From Nitrospiraceae bacterium (GTDB lineage: Bacteria; Nitrospirota; Thermodesulfovibrionia; UBA6902): a stretch of DNA of 64,000 bases. The stretch is from the NCBI GenBank assembly GCA_020356065.1, contig CP070632.1:141262-205261 (forward strand), written 5' to 3'. A model generated the notes under the pieces. It had not been told where the DNA came from, made no database searches, and worked only from the letters and a program-made list of their open reading frames with translations. This document shows positions 20,606 through 30,900 of the stretch, piece after piece. The first letter of the stretch is position 1. The number at the start of each line of letters is the position of its first letter. A program made the position numbers and the translations under genes.

Positions 20606-21100
20606 ATGAGACCCGGATCCGCCATTGCCCTCATATGCTCAGCCATCATTGGCTTGACCCACGTCAGCATATCCTCCAGAGCAGAGGCCAATAATGCCAT
20701 TACTGCCGGGAATACTACCCGGCTATCCATTGTCGTCAAAGGTATACCTTCACAGGCTGCTTTGCTTCATTGGGTGCTTTACGCTTCCAAGGACGCTCTG
20801 CCGGGTCTTTTTTCTCGCGGGCAGCCCTATCGAAAGGGGTCTATGGAGAGTTTCGGTGATACAGCAGTAATTGAGGTGGGTGAAGTACCCGGAGGCACCT
20901 ACTTCGCTATCGTTGGCCAGGACATAGACGGCAGCAAAGACATTGCCAAGTTTTCCGAACCACGCGGTTACTCTGGTTACAACGGTTGCTGGCTGCCCAG
21001 CTGGGAAAAAGGTGCGCGATATGTGAAGGGGGAGCAATCATTGATTGAGGTAGTGCTGGGGTGTAATGCATCAATCCGGGAGCTATCCGGTGCTCCATGA
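20606..21100 (+). CDS. Exported DUF2141-like protein
   Basis: Signal peptide; LYAS...VPGGTYFAIVGQDIDGSKDI...EPRGYS resembles the DUF2141 pattern. Confidence 0.6.
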   Translation: MRPGSAIALICSAIIGLTHVSISSRAEANNAITAGNTTRLSIVVKGIPSQAALLHWVLYASKDALPGLFSRGQPYRKGSMESFGDTAVIEVGEVPGGTYFAIVGQDIDGSKDIAKFSEPRGYSGYNGCWLPSWEKGARYVKGEQSLIEVVLGCNASIRELSGAP

Positions 21101-21485
21101 CTTTCTGCTGCTTGACAGATTACAATCTCTTTTCTTCATACCATGCCAGGCGCATTTATAAAAATATGTGCTTCGTCTTGGTGCAGGAACTGTCATGTCT
21201 CATCCATACATCAAGGTAAGAGGCAAAACGAATTTAAAATGCGGTGGAGGCATCATACCAAAGATATGGACAGACAGATACCATTGTTGCGGAATAACCG
21301 GCCAGGTCAGCATTTCAAGAGACATTCAGCTGGTTAATTAATTATATTTCATTCCGGAGTTAAAATTAACTCACGCGAGGCAGGACGTTCCCATTGCAGA
21401 TGGTTCGGTAAAGGTAAATATCACAGCACTTCACTTTGATTTTGGACTGGGATATTTCTTCTAATTGATATTTCGATACAGAGCA

Positions 21486-23930
21486 TCAGTTATTGGAAGA
21501 GATCAGTGCCTCAACATCAGTTTCAACAAATACCGGGGTATCGTTTTCAAGCGTTACATTGACCTTTTTCACATCAATGAACTTGCCTTTTAAAATCTCT
21601 TCCGAGAGAGGGTCCTCAATATGTTTCTGAATTGCCCGTCTCATGGGTCTCGCGCCATAAGACGGCTCATAATTCTTCTCGATGAGCCACTCTATTACTT
21701 CATCAGAAAGTGAAATGGCCAGGTCCTGATCAAGCAGCTCTCTGTTGAGTTCATCAATAAGCAACTTCACAATTTCTACAAGATGAGTCTTATCAAGCTG
21801 ATGAAATACAACGATATCATCAATCCTGTTCAGAAACTCCGGGTTAAACTTAATCTTCAGTTCATCCAGAACCGAGCTTTTAATCTTGCTATATGTATTC
21901 TCGGAAGATTCCTTCTGAAAACCCAGCGGCATTGCGTTTCCAATGTTCTTGGTACCCACATTGGAAGTCATGATAATGACCGTATTCTTGAAATCGACCT
22001 TTCTTCCAAGGTTATCTGTAATCACCCCTTCATCAAGGACCTGCAATAACACATTGAAGACATCAGGATGGGCCTTTTCGATTTCATCAAACAGCACAAC
22101 AGAATAAGGTCTCCTGCGAACAGTCTCTGATAACTGGCCCCCCTCTTCATACCCCACATATCCGGGAGGGGCGCCTGTAAGTCTTGAAACATTAAACCTT
22201 TCCATATATTCAGACATATCAATCTTAATCAATGCTTTGTCATCATTAAACAGGAATTCAGTCAGTGCCTTTGCAAGTTCTGTCTTTCCAACCCCTGTCG
22301 GTCCAAGAAAGAAAAATGATCCGATAGGCCGTGTTCTGGCTTTAATACCCGCCCGTGACCTTCTAATGGCTTTTGCTATGGCATTCACAGCATCATCCTG
22401 GGCGATAATCCTCTGGTGAAGTTCTTCTTCCATGCGCAACAGTTTCTCTGATTCCTTTTCTTCCAGCTTGGAAAGAGGAATGCCTGTAATTTTCGAAACA
22501 GTATAAGCCACATCATCTTCAAGCACATTGGGGGTTTCTTTCTGCTGATTCTCACGCCACTTCTTGTTTAAACTCTCGTACAGTTTTCTTACCCTGTCCT
22601 CTTCGTTTTTTACAGAGGCTCCCTTTTCAAAGTCATTGAGTTTAACATACAGGTTCTTTTCCTTACTCAGTCTTTTCAATTCCTTTTCAAGCTCACGAAT
22701 CTCAGGCGGCATGGTAAATCTCTTCAGTTTGATCCTGGCGCCTGTTTCATCCATAACGTCAATCGCTTTATCAGGGAGATAACGTTCGGTGATATATCTG
22801 TCCGAGAGATTGACACAGGCCTTAATCGCCTCGGGGGTAACCTTAACTTTGTGGTGAACCTCATACCTGGTTTGTAGTCCTTTCAGAATCTGAATGCTCT
22901 CGTCCAGGGTAGGAGGCTGTAAATAAATGGGCTGGAATCTTCTTTCGAATGCGCCGTCCTTTTCGATATATTTTCTGTATTCATCAGGGGTAGTCGCACC
23001 AATACATTGAATTTCACCTCGTGAAAGCGCAGGTTTGAGCATATTCGATGCGTCTATGGAACCTTCCGCAGCTCCGGCACCAACTAGGGTATGAAGTTCG
23101 TCTATGAAGAGTATTACATTGTCAGACTGTACGATCTCCTTCATCACAAGCTTCAAACGCTCTTCAAACTGGCCCCGGTATTTGGTACCGGCTATGAGAG
23201 CACCAAGGTCAAGGCTGACGATGCGTTTATCAATAAGGTTTTCGGGTATTTCTTCTGCAACGATTCTCTGGGCAAGCCCTTCAACAATGGCAGTCTTCCC
23301 TACGCCTGATTCACCTATGATGACGGGGTTGTTCTTCACGCGTCTCCCAAGGATCTGCAGTACTCTTTCCACCTCCCGTTCCCTGCCAATAACAGGATCA
23401 AGTTTACCGTCTCTTGCAAGCTGGGTTATGTCCCTGCCGAATTCGTCAAGCGCAGGTGTGTGGGTCTTTTTCTCTTTCTGCCCGGCCTGCATCTTTCTTA
23501 TCGATAAATTGATTGCAAGCTGTCTGACACCAAGCAGGTTGGCTCCCAGGCTCCTCAGGATTTTTCCGGCTATTCCCGCTTCCTCCCTGATCAACCCAAT
23601 AAGCAGATGTTCACTGCCTATATAACTGTGCCCAAGCAGCCTTGCTTCTTCAACAGCAAGCTCAAGAACCTTTTTCGCTCTTGGCGTAAAGGGAATATCA
23701 CCAAATGTGAGAATATTAGATCCAGTAGGAAGGTTTCTTTCTACTTCCATGCGCAGTTCATCCGCTGAAAGCCCCATCTTTTTTAGTATAACCATGGGCA
23801 GACTTTCCTCTTCTCTTAGAAGACCCAGTAGCAGATGTTCTGTTCCGAGATAGTCATTTTGACGCTTTTCGGCTTCCTCGCGTGCATATATTATGACCTT
23901 TCTACCTCTTTCCGTAAATTTCTCGAACAT
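21486..23930 (-). CDS. clpC: ATP-dependent Clp protease ATP-binding subunit
   Basis: Two Clp-N repeats, GESGVGKT, GPTGVGKT, GAPPGYVGYEEG, ClpP-docking-like LGF. Confidence 0.95.
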   Translation of the reverse strand: MFEKFTERGRKVIIYAREEAEKRQNDYLGTEHLLLGLLREEESLPMVILKKMGLSADELRMEVERNLPTGSNILTFGDIPFTPRAKKVLELAVEEARLLGHSYIGSEHLLIGLIREEAGIAGKILRSLGANLLGVRQLAINLSIRKMQAGQKEKKTHTPALDEFGRDITQLARDGKLDPVIGREREVERVLQILGRRVKNNPVIIGESGVGKTAIVEGLAQRIVAEEIPENLIDKRIVSLDLGALIAGTKYRGQFEERLKLVMKEIVQSDNVILFIDELHTLVGAGAAEGSIDASNMLKPALSRGEIQCIGATTPDEYRKYIEKDGAFERRFQPIYLQPPTLDESIQILKGLQTRYEVHHKVKVTPEAIKACVNLSDRYITERYLPDKAIDVMDETGARIKLKRFTMPPEIRELEKELKRLSKEKNLYVKLNDFEKGASVKNEEDRVRKLYESLNKKWRENQQKETPNVLEDDVAYTVSKITGIPLSKLEEKESEKLLRMEEELHQRIIAQDDAVNAIAKAIRRSRAGIKARTRPIGSFFFLGPTGVGKTELAKALTEFLFNDDKALIKIDMSEYMERFNVSRLTGAPPGYVGYEEGGQLSETVRRRPYSVVLFDEIEKAHPDVFNVLLQVLDEGVITDNLGRKVDFKNTVIIMTSNVGTKNIGNAMPLGFQKESSENTYSKIKSSVLDELKIKFNPEFLNRIDDIVVFHQLDKTHLVEIVKLLIDELNRELLDQDLAISLSDEVIEWLIEKNYEPSYGARPMRRAIQKHIEDPLSEEILKGKFIDVKKVNVTLENDTPVFVETDVEALISSNN

Positions 23931-23947
23931 AAAAATCTCCTAAATTT

Positions 23948-23976
23948 AATATATCGTCTATACTGTTTATTGTCAA
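23948..23976 (-). promoter_or_regulatory. sigma70-type promoter of clpC
   Basis: TTGACA-17-TATATT on the minus strand, followed by RBS AGGAG. Confidence 0.65.
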
Positions 23977-24069
23977 GCAAGAACCATCCATACATCCTAT
24001 GGCCAATTATGTATTCGGCTTAATGGTTGATTTAATTTAATGATGCAGAGTGAATACAAATGTATCGAA

Positions 24070-24534
24070 TTAACGGTCTTTTTTCTTGTAAACAATATCA
24101 TTTATTTCCTGCATAAATTCTTTGATGTCTTTAAATTGTCTGTAAACAGATGCAAACCTTACATAAGCAACCTGATCAATCTCCTTGAGATTGTCCATAA
24201 CCTGTTCACCTATAAATGCGCTCGATATTTCTTTTTCCCCTGTTGCCTGAAGACTTTTTTCGATTTTTGTTGCTAGCTCTTCCCTGGCCTCAACACTCAC
24301 CGGCCTTTTTTCACATGCTCTTTCAAGCCCCTGAAGTATTTTCTGCCTGTCAAAAAGAACCCTGCTATTGTCTTTTTTGATGACATGGGGCAAGATGTTT
24401 TCAATTCTTTCATAACTTGTGAAACGGCCTTCACATTTCAGACACTCGCGCCTGCGCCTGATCACATCAGCATCCTTACCCTGCCTCGAGTCTATGACTT
24501 TATCTTCAATATGATTACAAAAAGGGCATCGCAT
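24070..24534 (-). CDS. nrdR: Transcriptional repressor NrdR
   Basis: MRCPFC, IRRRRECLKC, ATP cone, AYVRFASVY; start trimmed to ATG 24534. Confidence 0.96.
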   Translation of the reverse strand: MRCPFCNHIEDKVIDSRQGKDADVIRRRRECLKCEGRFTSYERIENILPHVIKKDNSRVLFDRQKILQGLERACEKRPVSVEAREELATKIEKSLQATGEKEISSAFIGEQVMDNLKEIDQVAYVRFASVYRQFKDIKEFMQEINDIVYKKKDR

Positions 24535-24572
24535 GATATTTTGCAGTGATAATGCAGGACGGTTATTATTGA

Positions 24573-25826
24573 TTAAATAGTTATGTCCTCGTAAACCGGA
24601 AACTTCTTGCACAAAGATTTCACTTTGCTTCTTACTCTACTGATCGTTGCGCTGTTCTTGTGATCATGGAGCACTGCAGCTATTAGTTCAGCTATGATAA
24701 CCATTTCCGGCTCCTTCATTTTGCGGCTTGTTACTATTGGTGTACCTACTCTTATACCGCTCGTAATGGTAGCGGGCTTTTTATCAAAGGGTATTGAGTT
24801 TTTATTCACCGTAATGCCTGCAAGGTCAAGTGCAGTTTCGGCCTCGCTTCCGGAAATATTCAATTCTGTAAGATCCACGAGCATTAAGTGGGTGTCAGTC
24901 CCGCCAGATATGACCTTCAGCCCTGTGCCCATCAATACATCTGCCAATTCCCGTGCATTCCTGACAATCTGGAGCTGGTATGTCTTAAATTCCTGTGTCA
25001 GGGCTTCTTTAAACGCAACCGCTTTTGCAGCAATAACATGCATGAGCGGCCCGCCCTGCATGCCCGGAAATACCACTCTATCGATTACCTTTGCATACTC
25101 GGATTTACACATGATTAACCCACCACGGGGACCTCTCAGGGTCTTGTGAGATGTGCTGGTAACAAAATCCGCGTAAGGGACCGGCGATAGATGGTTACCG
25201 GTCGCAATTAATCCTGCGATATGTGCAATGTCAGCCATGAAATACGCCTTCACCTCTTTTGCAATATCAGAAAGGGCCTTAAAATCCAGTGTCCTCGAGT
25301 AGGCACTTGCACCGGCCAGAAGCAGCTTGGGTTTCTGCTTTTTTGCCAGCTTGCGAACCTTGTCATAGTCGATCATGCCTGTAACTTTGTCTACTCCATA
25401 AGATGATATTTTGTAATATTTGCCTGTAAAATTAACCTTTGCTCCGTGTGACAGGTGGCCCCCGTGACTGAGGTCCATACCGAGAATCTTATCGCCCGGT
25501 TTTAATACGGCAAAATATACCGCCATATTTGCCTGCGACCCGGAGTGGGGCTGCACATTTACATGTTCCGCTCCAAAAAGCTCCCGTGCACGTTCAATTG
25601 CAAGAGTCTCGACCTGATCTGCAAATTCACAACCTCCATAATAACGCCGGCCCGGATACCCCTCGGCATACTTGTTGGTAAAGACCGAACCCTGGGCCTG
25701 CAAAACTGCCCTGCTGGCATAATTTTCAGAAGCAATAAGCACGATTTTATCCTGTTCGCGTTTTATCTCTTCCCTGATGGCCCGATAAATCTCAGGATCA
25801 AATTTCTTCAAGTCATCGTCATTCAT
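24573..25826 (-). CDS. glyA: Serine hydroxymethyltransferase
   Basis: [31 protein letters not shown]. Confidence 0.98.
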   Translation of the reverse strand: MNDDDLKKFDPEIYRAIREEIKREQDKIVLIASENYASRAVLQAQGSVFTNKYAEGYPGRRYYGGCEFADQVETLAIERARELFGAEHVNVQPHSGSQANMAVYFAVLKPGDKILGMDLSHGGHLSHGAKVNFTGKYYKISSYGVDKVTGMIDYDKVRKLAKKQKPKLLLAGASAYSRTLDFKALSDIAKEVKAYFMADIAHIAGLIATGNHLSPVPYADFVTSTSHKTLRGPRGGLIMCKSEYAKVIDRVVFPGMQGGPLMHVIAAKAVAFKEALTQEFKTYQLQIVRNARELADVLMGTGLKVISGGTDTHLMLVDLTELNISGSEAETALDLAGITVNKNSIPFDKKPATITSGIRVGTPIVTSRKMKEPEMVIIAELIAAVLHDHKNSATISRVRSKVKSLCKKFPVYEDITI

Positions 25827-26272
25827 TTCTGTTTCTCTTCAATTTCTTTTATCTTGTCCAGCCTTCGCTGATGCCTTCCACCCTCAAAATCAGTTGTAAA
25901 CCATGTTTTGACTATTTCTTTTGCTTTCTCTTTATCAATAATCCTTCCGGGTAATACAAGAATATTGGCATCATTATGCAGCCTGCTCATTTTTGCTGAA
26001 TAATCTTCCTGACACAGAGCAGCCCGTATGCCAGGAACTTTGTTTGCAACAATAGACATTCCGATACCGGTTCCGCAAATGAGAATCCCCCTGTCTGCTT
26101 GACCCCTGGAGACAGCATCAGATACCTTTTCTCCAAAATCAGGATAATCCACTGATTCCTCGTCTTTCGTGCCAAAATCCTCCCAATCAATGAATAACTC
26201 ATCCAGAACAGGCACAATCTCGCTTTTCATGGTGACGCCGGCATGATCGCTTCCAATTGCTACTTTCATCAA
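25823..26272 (-). CDS. rpiB: Ribose-5-phosphate isomerase B
   Basis: [31 protein letters not shown]. Confidence 0.97.
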   Translation of the reverse strand: MMKVAIGSDHAGVTMKSEIVPVLDELFIDWEDFGTKDEESVDYPDFGEKVSDAVSRGQADRGILICGTGIGMSIVANKVPGIRAALCQEDYSAKMSRLHNDANILVLPGRIIDKEKAKEIVKTWFTTDFEGGRHQRRLDKIKEIEEKQK

Positions 26273-26377
26273 ACCCTCCTGACTTGTTTATTATTTACAG
26301 ACAGTGCCTGAGAAGTTCCTCTAGACTTTTCATATTGTAAAAGACATAAGGAAAGATTTCACGATTTGACGTAAATT

Positions 26378-26406
26378 ATATTATCAATCTCCTTAAGGTA
26401 AGTCAA
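26378..26406 (-). promoter_or_regulatory. sigma70-type promoter of rpiB-glyA-nrdR
   Basis: TTGACT-17-TAATAT with TG extension on the minus strand. Confidence 0.5.
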
Positions 26407-26540
26407 GAAAACAGTATAGTTGAGAAATTCCTCGATTCCTACATGTCACATACTTAGTTATCAGGTGTAATTCACTAATTTTTAAGCTTTAATCATTGAT
26501 GCGATCCGCAACCTTATACTGAAAACTGTTATAATTTCTT

Positions 26541-27155
26541 ATGCCAACCATCGGTCTAACAGGCAGTTTCGGAATGGGAAAAACAACGGTTCTGAATTTG
26601 TTTGAAAAACTCGGGGCCTATACATTTAATATTGATGAGTTTGTTCATGATATTCTGGGCAAGGAAAGTACAATCCGGAAGATATCCAGCCTTCTTGGAG
26701 ATGAAGTACTGACAAAATCTTCTTCAGGCATATCTTTAAACAAAAAAAAGTTGGCCGGTATTATTTTCAGTGATCCGGAAAAAAGAAAAGCTATTGAAGA
26801 AATAATCCATCCGGGAGTTTTAAAAGAAATAAAAGCGGTAAAATTAAATTTAACGAGAATAAACCCCGACGCCTTTATAATTTTTGAAGTTCCCCTGCTG
26901 TTTGAGGCCCATTACGAAAAACATTTTGACAAGACGATTGTTGTCCATGCAGACCGTCAGACGGCAATTAAAAGATTGCAAAGAAAAGGATTTACCAGAG
27001 ATGAAATTTCACATCGATTTCGATCACAAATGCCCATGTATAAGAAAAAAAAACTGGCGGACTATCTGATCGAAAATAACGGGGACATTAAAAAAACCTC
27101 TGAAAGAGTAAAAAAATTATACCATATATTAAGGAATGATGATCAACAGGGTTGA
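26541..27155 (+). CDS. coaE: Dephospho-CoA kinase
   Basis: IGLTGSFGMGKTT, IIHP, EVPLLFE, ADYLIEN; TGtTATAAT 5 nt before ATG (leaderless). Confidence 0.94.
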   Translation: MPTIGLTGSFGMGKTTVLNLFEKLGAYTFNIDEFVHDILGKESTIRKISSLLGDEVLTKSSSGISLNKKKLAGIIFSDPEKRKAIEEIIHPGVLKEIKAVKLNLTRINPDAFIIFEVPLLFEAHYEKHFDKTIVVHADRQTAIKRLQRKGFTRDEISHRFRSQMPMYKKKKLADYLIENNGDIKKTSERVKKLYHILRNDDQQG

Positions 27156-27564
27156 GAACACGGATAACATATCGTTTAAACCACCAAAAGAAAAACCATC
27201 TGATAACATTGTCATAAAATCAGAAAAAAAATTTGGCATAGTTGAAGGTCAGGCAATTCTATGTATATACTGCGGAAATATTGTGACCTGGCCTGAACAG
27301 ATCATTACTGTGAATGATCAGCACAGGCATACCTTCATTAATCCGGAGGGTCTTGTGTTTCAGATAGGCTGTTTTTCGCATGCAGACGGCTGTCTGATTG
27401 ATGAACAATCTACACTGGACAACACCTGGTTTACGGGTTTTACATGGAGCGTCAGCATCTGCTCAAACTGCACGGCACATCTCGGCTGGTTCTATGAGAA
27501 AGACGAACGGCATTTCTTCGGTCTCATCCTGGACAGGATTAAGGACTCTGCATCAAATCACTGA
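27136..27564 (+). CDS. Cereblon-like (CULT / thalidomide-binding domain) protein
   Basis: CIYC...NPEG...GCF...WFTGFTW...CSNC.AHLGWFY: Zn ligands plus tri-Trp cage. Confidence 0.9.
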   Translation: MMINRVENTDNISFKPPKEKPSDNIVIKSEKKFGIVEGQAILCIYCGNIVTWPEQIITVNDQHRHTFINPEGLVFQIGCFSHADGCLIDEQSTLDNTWFTGFTWSVSICSNCTAHLGWFYEKDERHFFGLILDRIKDSASNH

Positions 27565-28757
27565 TTCAGAAACTCTTTCTTTGCAACTATAAGAAATATC
27601 CTTCCCCTCTGTTTCAGATAACCTGCGATTAATTCTGACTCCTTTCCATGACCCAGAAATATATCTGCCCTGCCGTGATCCCGTATGGCCCCTCCCGTGT
27701 CCTGAACAAGGGAAAATCGTCTGATGGATTTCCACCCGATGACCTGCTCATCATCAAAAAAAGGTATTTCAGTCTGAATATAGGCAAGACCTCCTTTTGG
27801 AATACCTCTCTTATCCATTGCAATAGAACGAAGCGGTGTGAGGGGTACATCAATATTACCCAGAGGCCCCTCTTCTACCACACGGAAAAAAACATAGCTC
27901 TGATTGTAATTTAGCACATCCTTTACTTCTTCAGGATGTGCATAAAGATATTCCTTGATCGCCTGAAGAGACATCTTTTCCTCGGGAATTCTGTCAAATA
28001 GTATTTTCCCGATCGCCTTGTACGGATGACCATTCTTCTGAGAATAGTTGACCCGCAGTGTGTTTCCATCCTGAAGCCTGATAAGACCCGAACCCTGAAT
28101 CTGGAGAAAGAAAAGTTCGATTTCTTTAACATATGCAAGTGGATTCGCACGTCCAACAAGAGATTTCCTGTGCACTATGTCATCTCTGGAATCATATGGA
28201 ACAAGTTTATTGCCGACCAGGCGACCGACAATTTTTTCATATTTCCACTTATTCGAAAAATCACCGAGATCAACTTCCACAAGATCATGAGGAGTTTCAT
28301 AGAGCGGTTCGGTGAAATCCCCTTCGGGGACAAGACTTCCCTCCAGAAGAGGCTCATAATACCCGGTAAAATACGCCTCTCCTTCAGCGTTCTTACTTTC
28401 AAAAAAAAGAAACTTCTCTTTTAATTGATGTAAACGTTCATTCCCTTCCGAGCTCTCTATTATCTTAAGAAACAAAGTCAATGATGCGATCATTTCTTTT
28501 GAAGAGTACATACGTTCTCCATACTGAAATACTTCATCCGGAGAAAGCCGTTCATAATATCTGATTGACTGCTCAATAGCCCGGTCAATTTCCACGAACA
28601 TCAGATCATCCGTCCAGTCATGATCAAAGACCTGCTGAGAGGTCAGATTTTCCAGCTTTGGCTCTGGCCGGGGCTTTATAAAAAGGGAGCAGCCATACCA
28701 TATTGAGAATACAAGGGTCAAGAATAAAGGTATCCATATCCTGAGGGTAGTCTTCAT
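27558..28757 (-). CDS. mltA: Membrane-bound lytic murein transglycosylase A
   Basis: FTGYYEP, FFLQIQGSG, NGHPYKAIG, SYVFF, QDTGGAI...RADIFLG. Confidence 0.95.
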   Translation of the reverse strand: MKTTLRIWIPLFLTLVFSIWYGCSLFIKPRPEPKLENLTSQQVFDHDWTDDLMFVEIDRAIEQSIRYYERLSPDEVFQYGERMYSSKEMIASLTLFLKIIESSEGNERLHQLKEKFLFFESKNAEGEAYFTGYYEPLLEGSLVPEGDFTEPLYETPHDLVEVDLGDFSNKWKYEKIVGRLVGNKLVPYDSRDDIVHRKSLVGRANPLAYVKEIELFFLQIQGSGLIRLQDGNTLRVNYSQKNGHPYKAIGKILFDRIPEEKMSLQAIKEYLYAHPEEVKDVLNYNQSYVFFRVVEEGPLGNIDVPLTPLRSIAMDKRGIPKGGLAYIQTEIPFFDDEQVIGWKSIRRFSLVQDTGGAIRDHGRADIFLGHGKESELIAGYLKQRGRIFLIVAKKEFLNQ

Positions 28758-28818
28758 CGGTTCGTAAGATTATATATAAATGAGAGGAAAATGAGAAGTA
28801 TATAGACGTTATAACAGC

Positions 28819-29157
28819 CTATCTGTTTTCAATACATGAAACACACATTCTGCTTTCGGGCATGACCATCAATCTTTTAAAAGGTATCGGCTCTTCACAG
28901 CCTGCACAGATACCGAAATCAGGCTCATCGATATTATGAAGAGCAGATTTAAGCTTATTCAGTCTTGCTTGATAAGATCTCAATGTCGCTTCACTGACAC
29001 TCTTCGCATTAATAGCTTCCATCCTGGTAAGACGTCCTATCGCATCATCCGGAACAACAGGCTGAACAGTATCCTTTACACGTTCAATCGTCAGCTTTAG
29101 CTCTTCGATCTCTTTATCAATAAGTTTTCTCAGTTTTTCTGTCTGTTCTGCATTCAT
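28819..29157 (-). CDS. TraR/DksA C4-type zinc-finger protein
   Basis: DAIGRLTRMEAI, FGICAGCEEPIPFKRL...MCVSC; start trimmed to ATG 29157. Confidence 0.88.
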   Translation of the reverse strand: MNAEQTEKLRKLIDKEIEELKLTIERVKDTVQPVVPDDAIGRLTRMEAINAKSVSEATLRSYQARLNKLKSALHNIDEPDFGICAGCEEPIPFKRLMVMPESRMCVSCIENR

Positions 29158-29451
29158 ACATGGGTTGTTTCCTATAAGAAGATACGTAATACTGCACGGT
29201 AATAACATTCATTAATAAGATTAACAAAATAAGGTTTGATTAATCATTCAAGACAGGTTGATTATATTACGTATAGACAGTACGGTGCCCTGTAATAATA
29301 CAAACATTACAGATATCATAATATATCGAATGCTCACACACAGCACAACAGTGATAGCATTTATTTTATTTCATAAATCTGATTGAAGATATATAAATCA
29401 ATTCCTGTCTATACGTGTCACATCAGATCGTTCAATGAAAGAATACAATAA

Positions 29452-29913
29452 TTATTTCTCAAACAGTTCCAAATACTCCCCATACCCCTCTTTTTCCATG
29501 TCTTCTTTTGGAATAAACCGGAGTGATGCTGAATTCATGCAGTAGCGAAGTCCTGTAGGTTCGGGACCATCATCAAAGACATGCCCGAGGTGGGAGTCAC
29601 CATATTTACTCCTGACCTCTGTCCTTACCCGGAATAATTTTTTGTCTTCTTTTTCTACGATAAATTCCTTGTCTATAGGTTTTGTAAAGCTGGGCCAACC
29701 TGTACCTGATGAATATTTGTCATTTGAACTGAAAAGGGGTTCACCCGATGCGATGTCAACGTATATACCTTCTTTCTTGTTGTCCCAGTATTCATTATCG
29801 AATGCCCTTTCTGTCCCATCCTCCCGTGACACTTTATACTGAATTGGTGTTAGTTTCTTTCGGATTTCATCGTCAGACGGCTTACTGTATTTATTACTTC
29901 TTTTGTCAGTCAT
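29452..29913 (-). CDS. msrB: Peptide methionine (R)-S-oxide reductase (Zn-free, Cys type)
   Basis: [33 protein letters not shown]. Confidence 0.96.
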   Translation of the reverse strand: MTDKRSNKYSKPSDDEIRKKLTPIQYKVSREDGTERAFDNEYWDNKKEGIYVDIASGEPLFSSNDKYSSGTGWPSFTKPIDKEFIVEKEDKKLFRVRTEVRSKYGDSHLGHVFDDGPEPTGLRYCMNSASLRFIPKEDMEKEGYGEYLELFEK

Positions 29914-30243
29914 TTATTCTCCCTGTCTTATACCAATATGTTGTTCATGCATCTTCTTCGTCCTGAAGCATTGACATCTCGTATCCATAACAATAGAGAA
30001 TTCTATGTTGAATATCTTAAGCATATTCTCTTATTTTATTTTTCTTTTTTATCTTATTTGATCTAAGCAAAATTAAATATGATATATATCATCCCATAAT
30101 TCAAAAATCAATCGACAGGTGTGCCCAACACAAGAGATTCCGGACAAGTCGGTTGTCCCTGGGGAACAACTTCGACCATCATAACGGTGTGTGTCGATAC
30201 TCAACTGATTTTATGAAATATCTCAGAGGGAAAAAGACTCTTT

Positions 30244-30894
30244 TTACTGATGTTCCTTTACATAAATCTCTTCTGCAATCATGCTGTCTACGGCAAGAGT
30301 TGTTTCATCTATTTCAAGAACAAAAGATGGTCTCTTCTGTTTCAGCTTAATAATACTGCCTGCGATAATACCCATTGATGAGAGACGTTCAAGACGTGTG
30401 CTGTCAGATGGCCTTATGAACACGATTCTTCCTCTGGAGCCAACCTCAAAATCCTTGAGCTGTACTACAAGGGGTCTGAATCCGGACTTGTATTTTGAGC
30501 AGCACACCCCTCTGGGAATAGGCTTTCCATGCGGACATGTGGGAGGATGCCCCAGAAAAGAACATACGCTGTCAGTAACTGAAGGCGATAGAAAATGCTC
30601 TATCTCACATGCAGTTTCCTCACTCTCTTTCATACTCACGTCAAGTACGTCATGAAACAGTCTTTCAGCCAAACGATGTCGCCTCGTAAGGTCCCTCGCC
30701 CGGGTCTCACCTTTTTCAGTCAGTTCGACGTCATGATTCCTAATGAGTAAACACCCTGCCTTTTCCATCTTCCGTATTTCATCAGATGTGTCGCTATCTC
30801 CAATACCTTTGACGATATCTTCTATACTATTTACATTTTTTTCTCGTAATGCCCATATGAGCTCAAGAATTTCATCTCTCAATGTACTGCTCAT
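30244..30894 (-). CDS. DtxR/MntR-family metal-dependent regulator with C-terminal FeoA domain
   Basis: RRHRLAERL, ACEIEH, PPTCPHGKPIP, RLSSMGIIAG. Confidence 0.9.
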   Translation of the reverse strand: MSSTLRDEILELIWALREKNVNSIEDIVKGIGDSDTSDEIRKMEKAGCLLIRNHDVELTEKGETRARDLTRRHRLAERLFHDVLDVSMKESEETACEIEHFLSPSVTDSVCSFLGHPPTCPHGKPIPRGVCCSKYKSGFRPLVVQLKDFEVGSRGRIVFIRPSDSTRLERLSSMGIIAGSIIKLKQKRPSFVLEIDETTLAVDSMIAEEIYVKEHQ

Positions 30895-30900
30895 TATAAA

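Noticed and set aside
12799-25871. Many 60-170 aa plus-strand ORFs overlapping the housekeeping operons
   Set aside because: Antisense shadows of well-supported genes, with no motifs or RBS
29452-29913. MsrB as a second selenoprotein
   Set aside because: The catalytic residue is encoded by a Cys codon (RYCMNS) and there is no in-frame TGA
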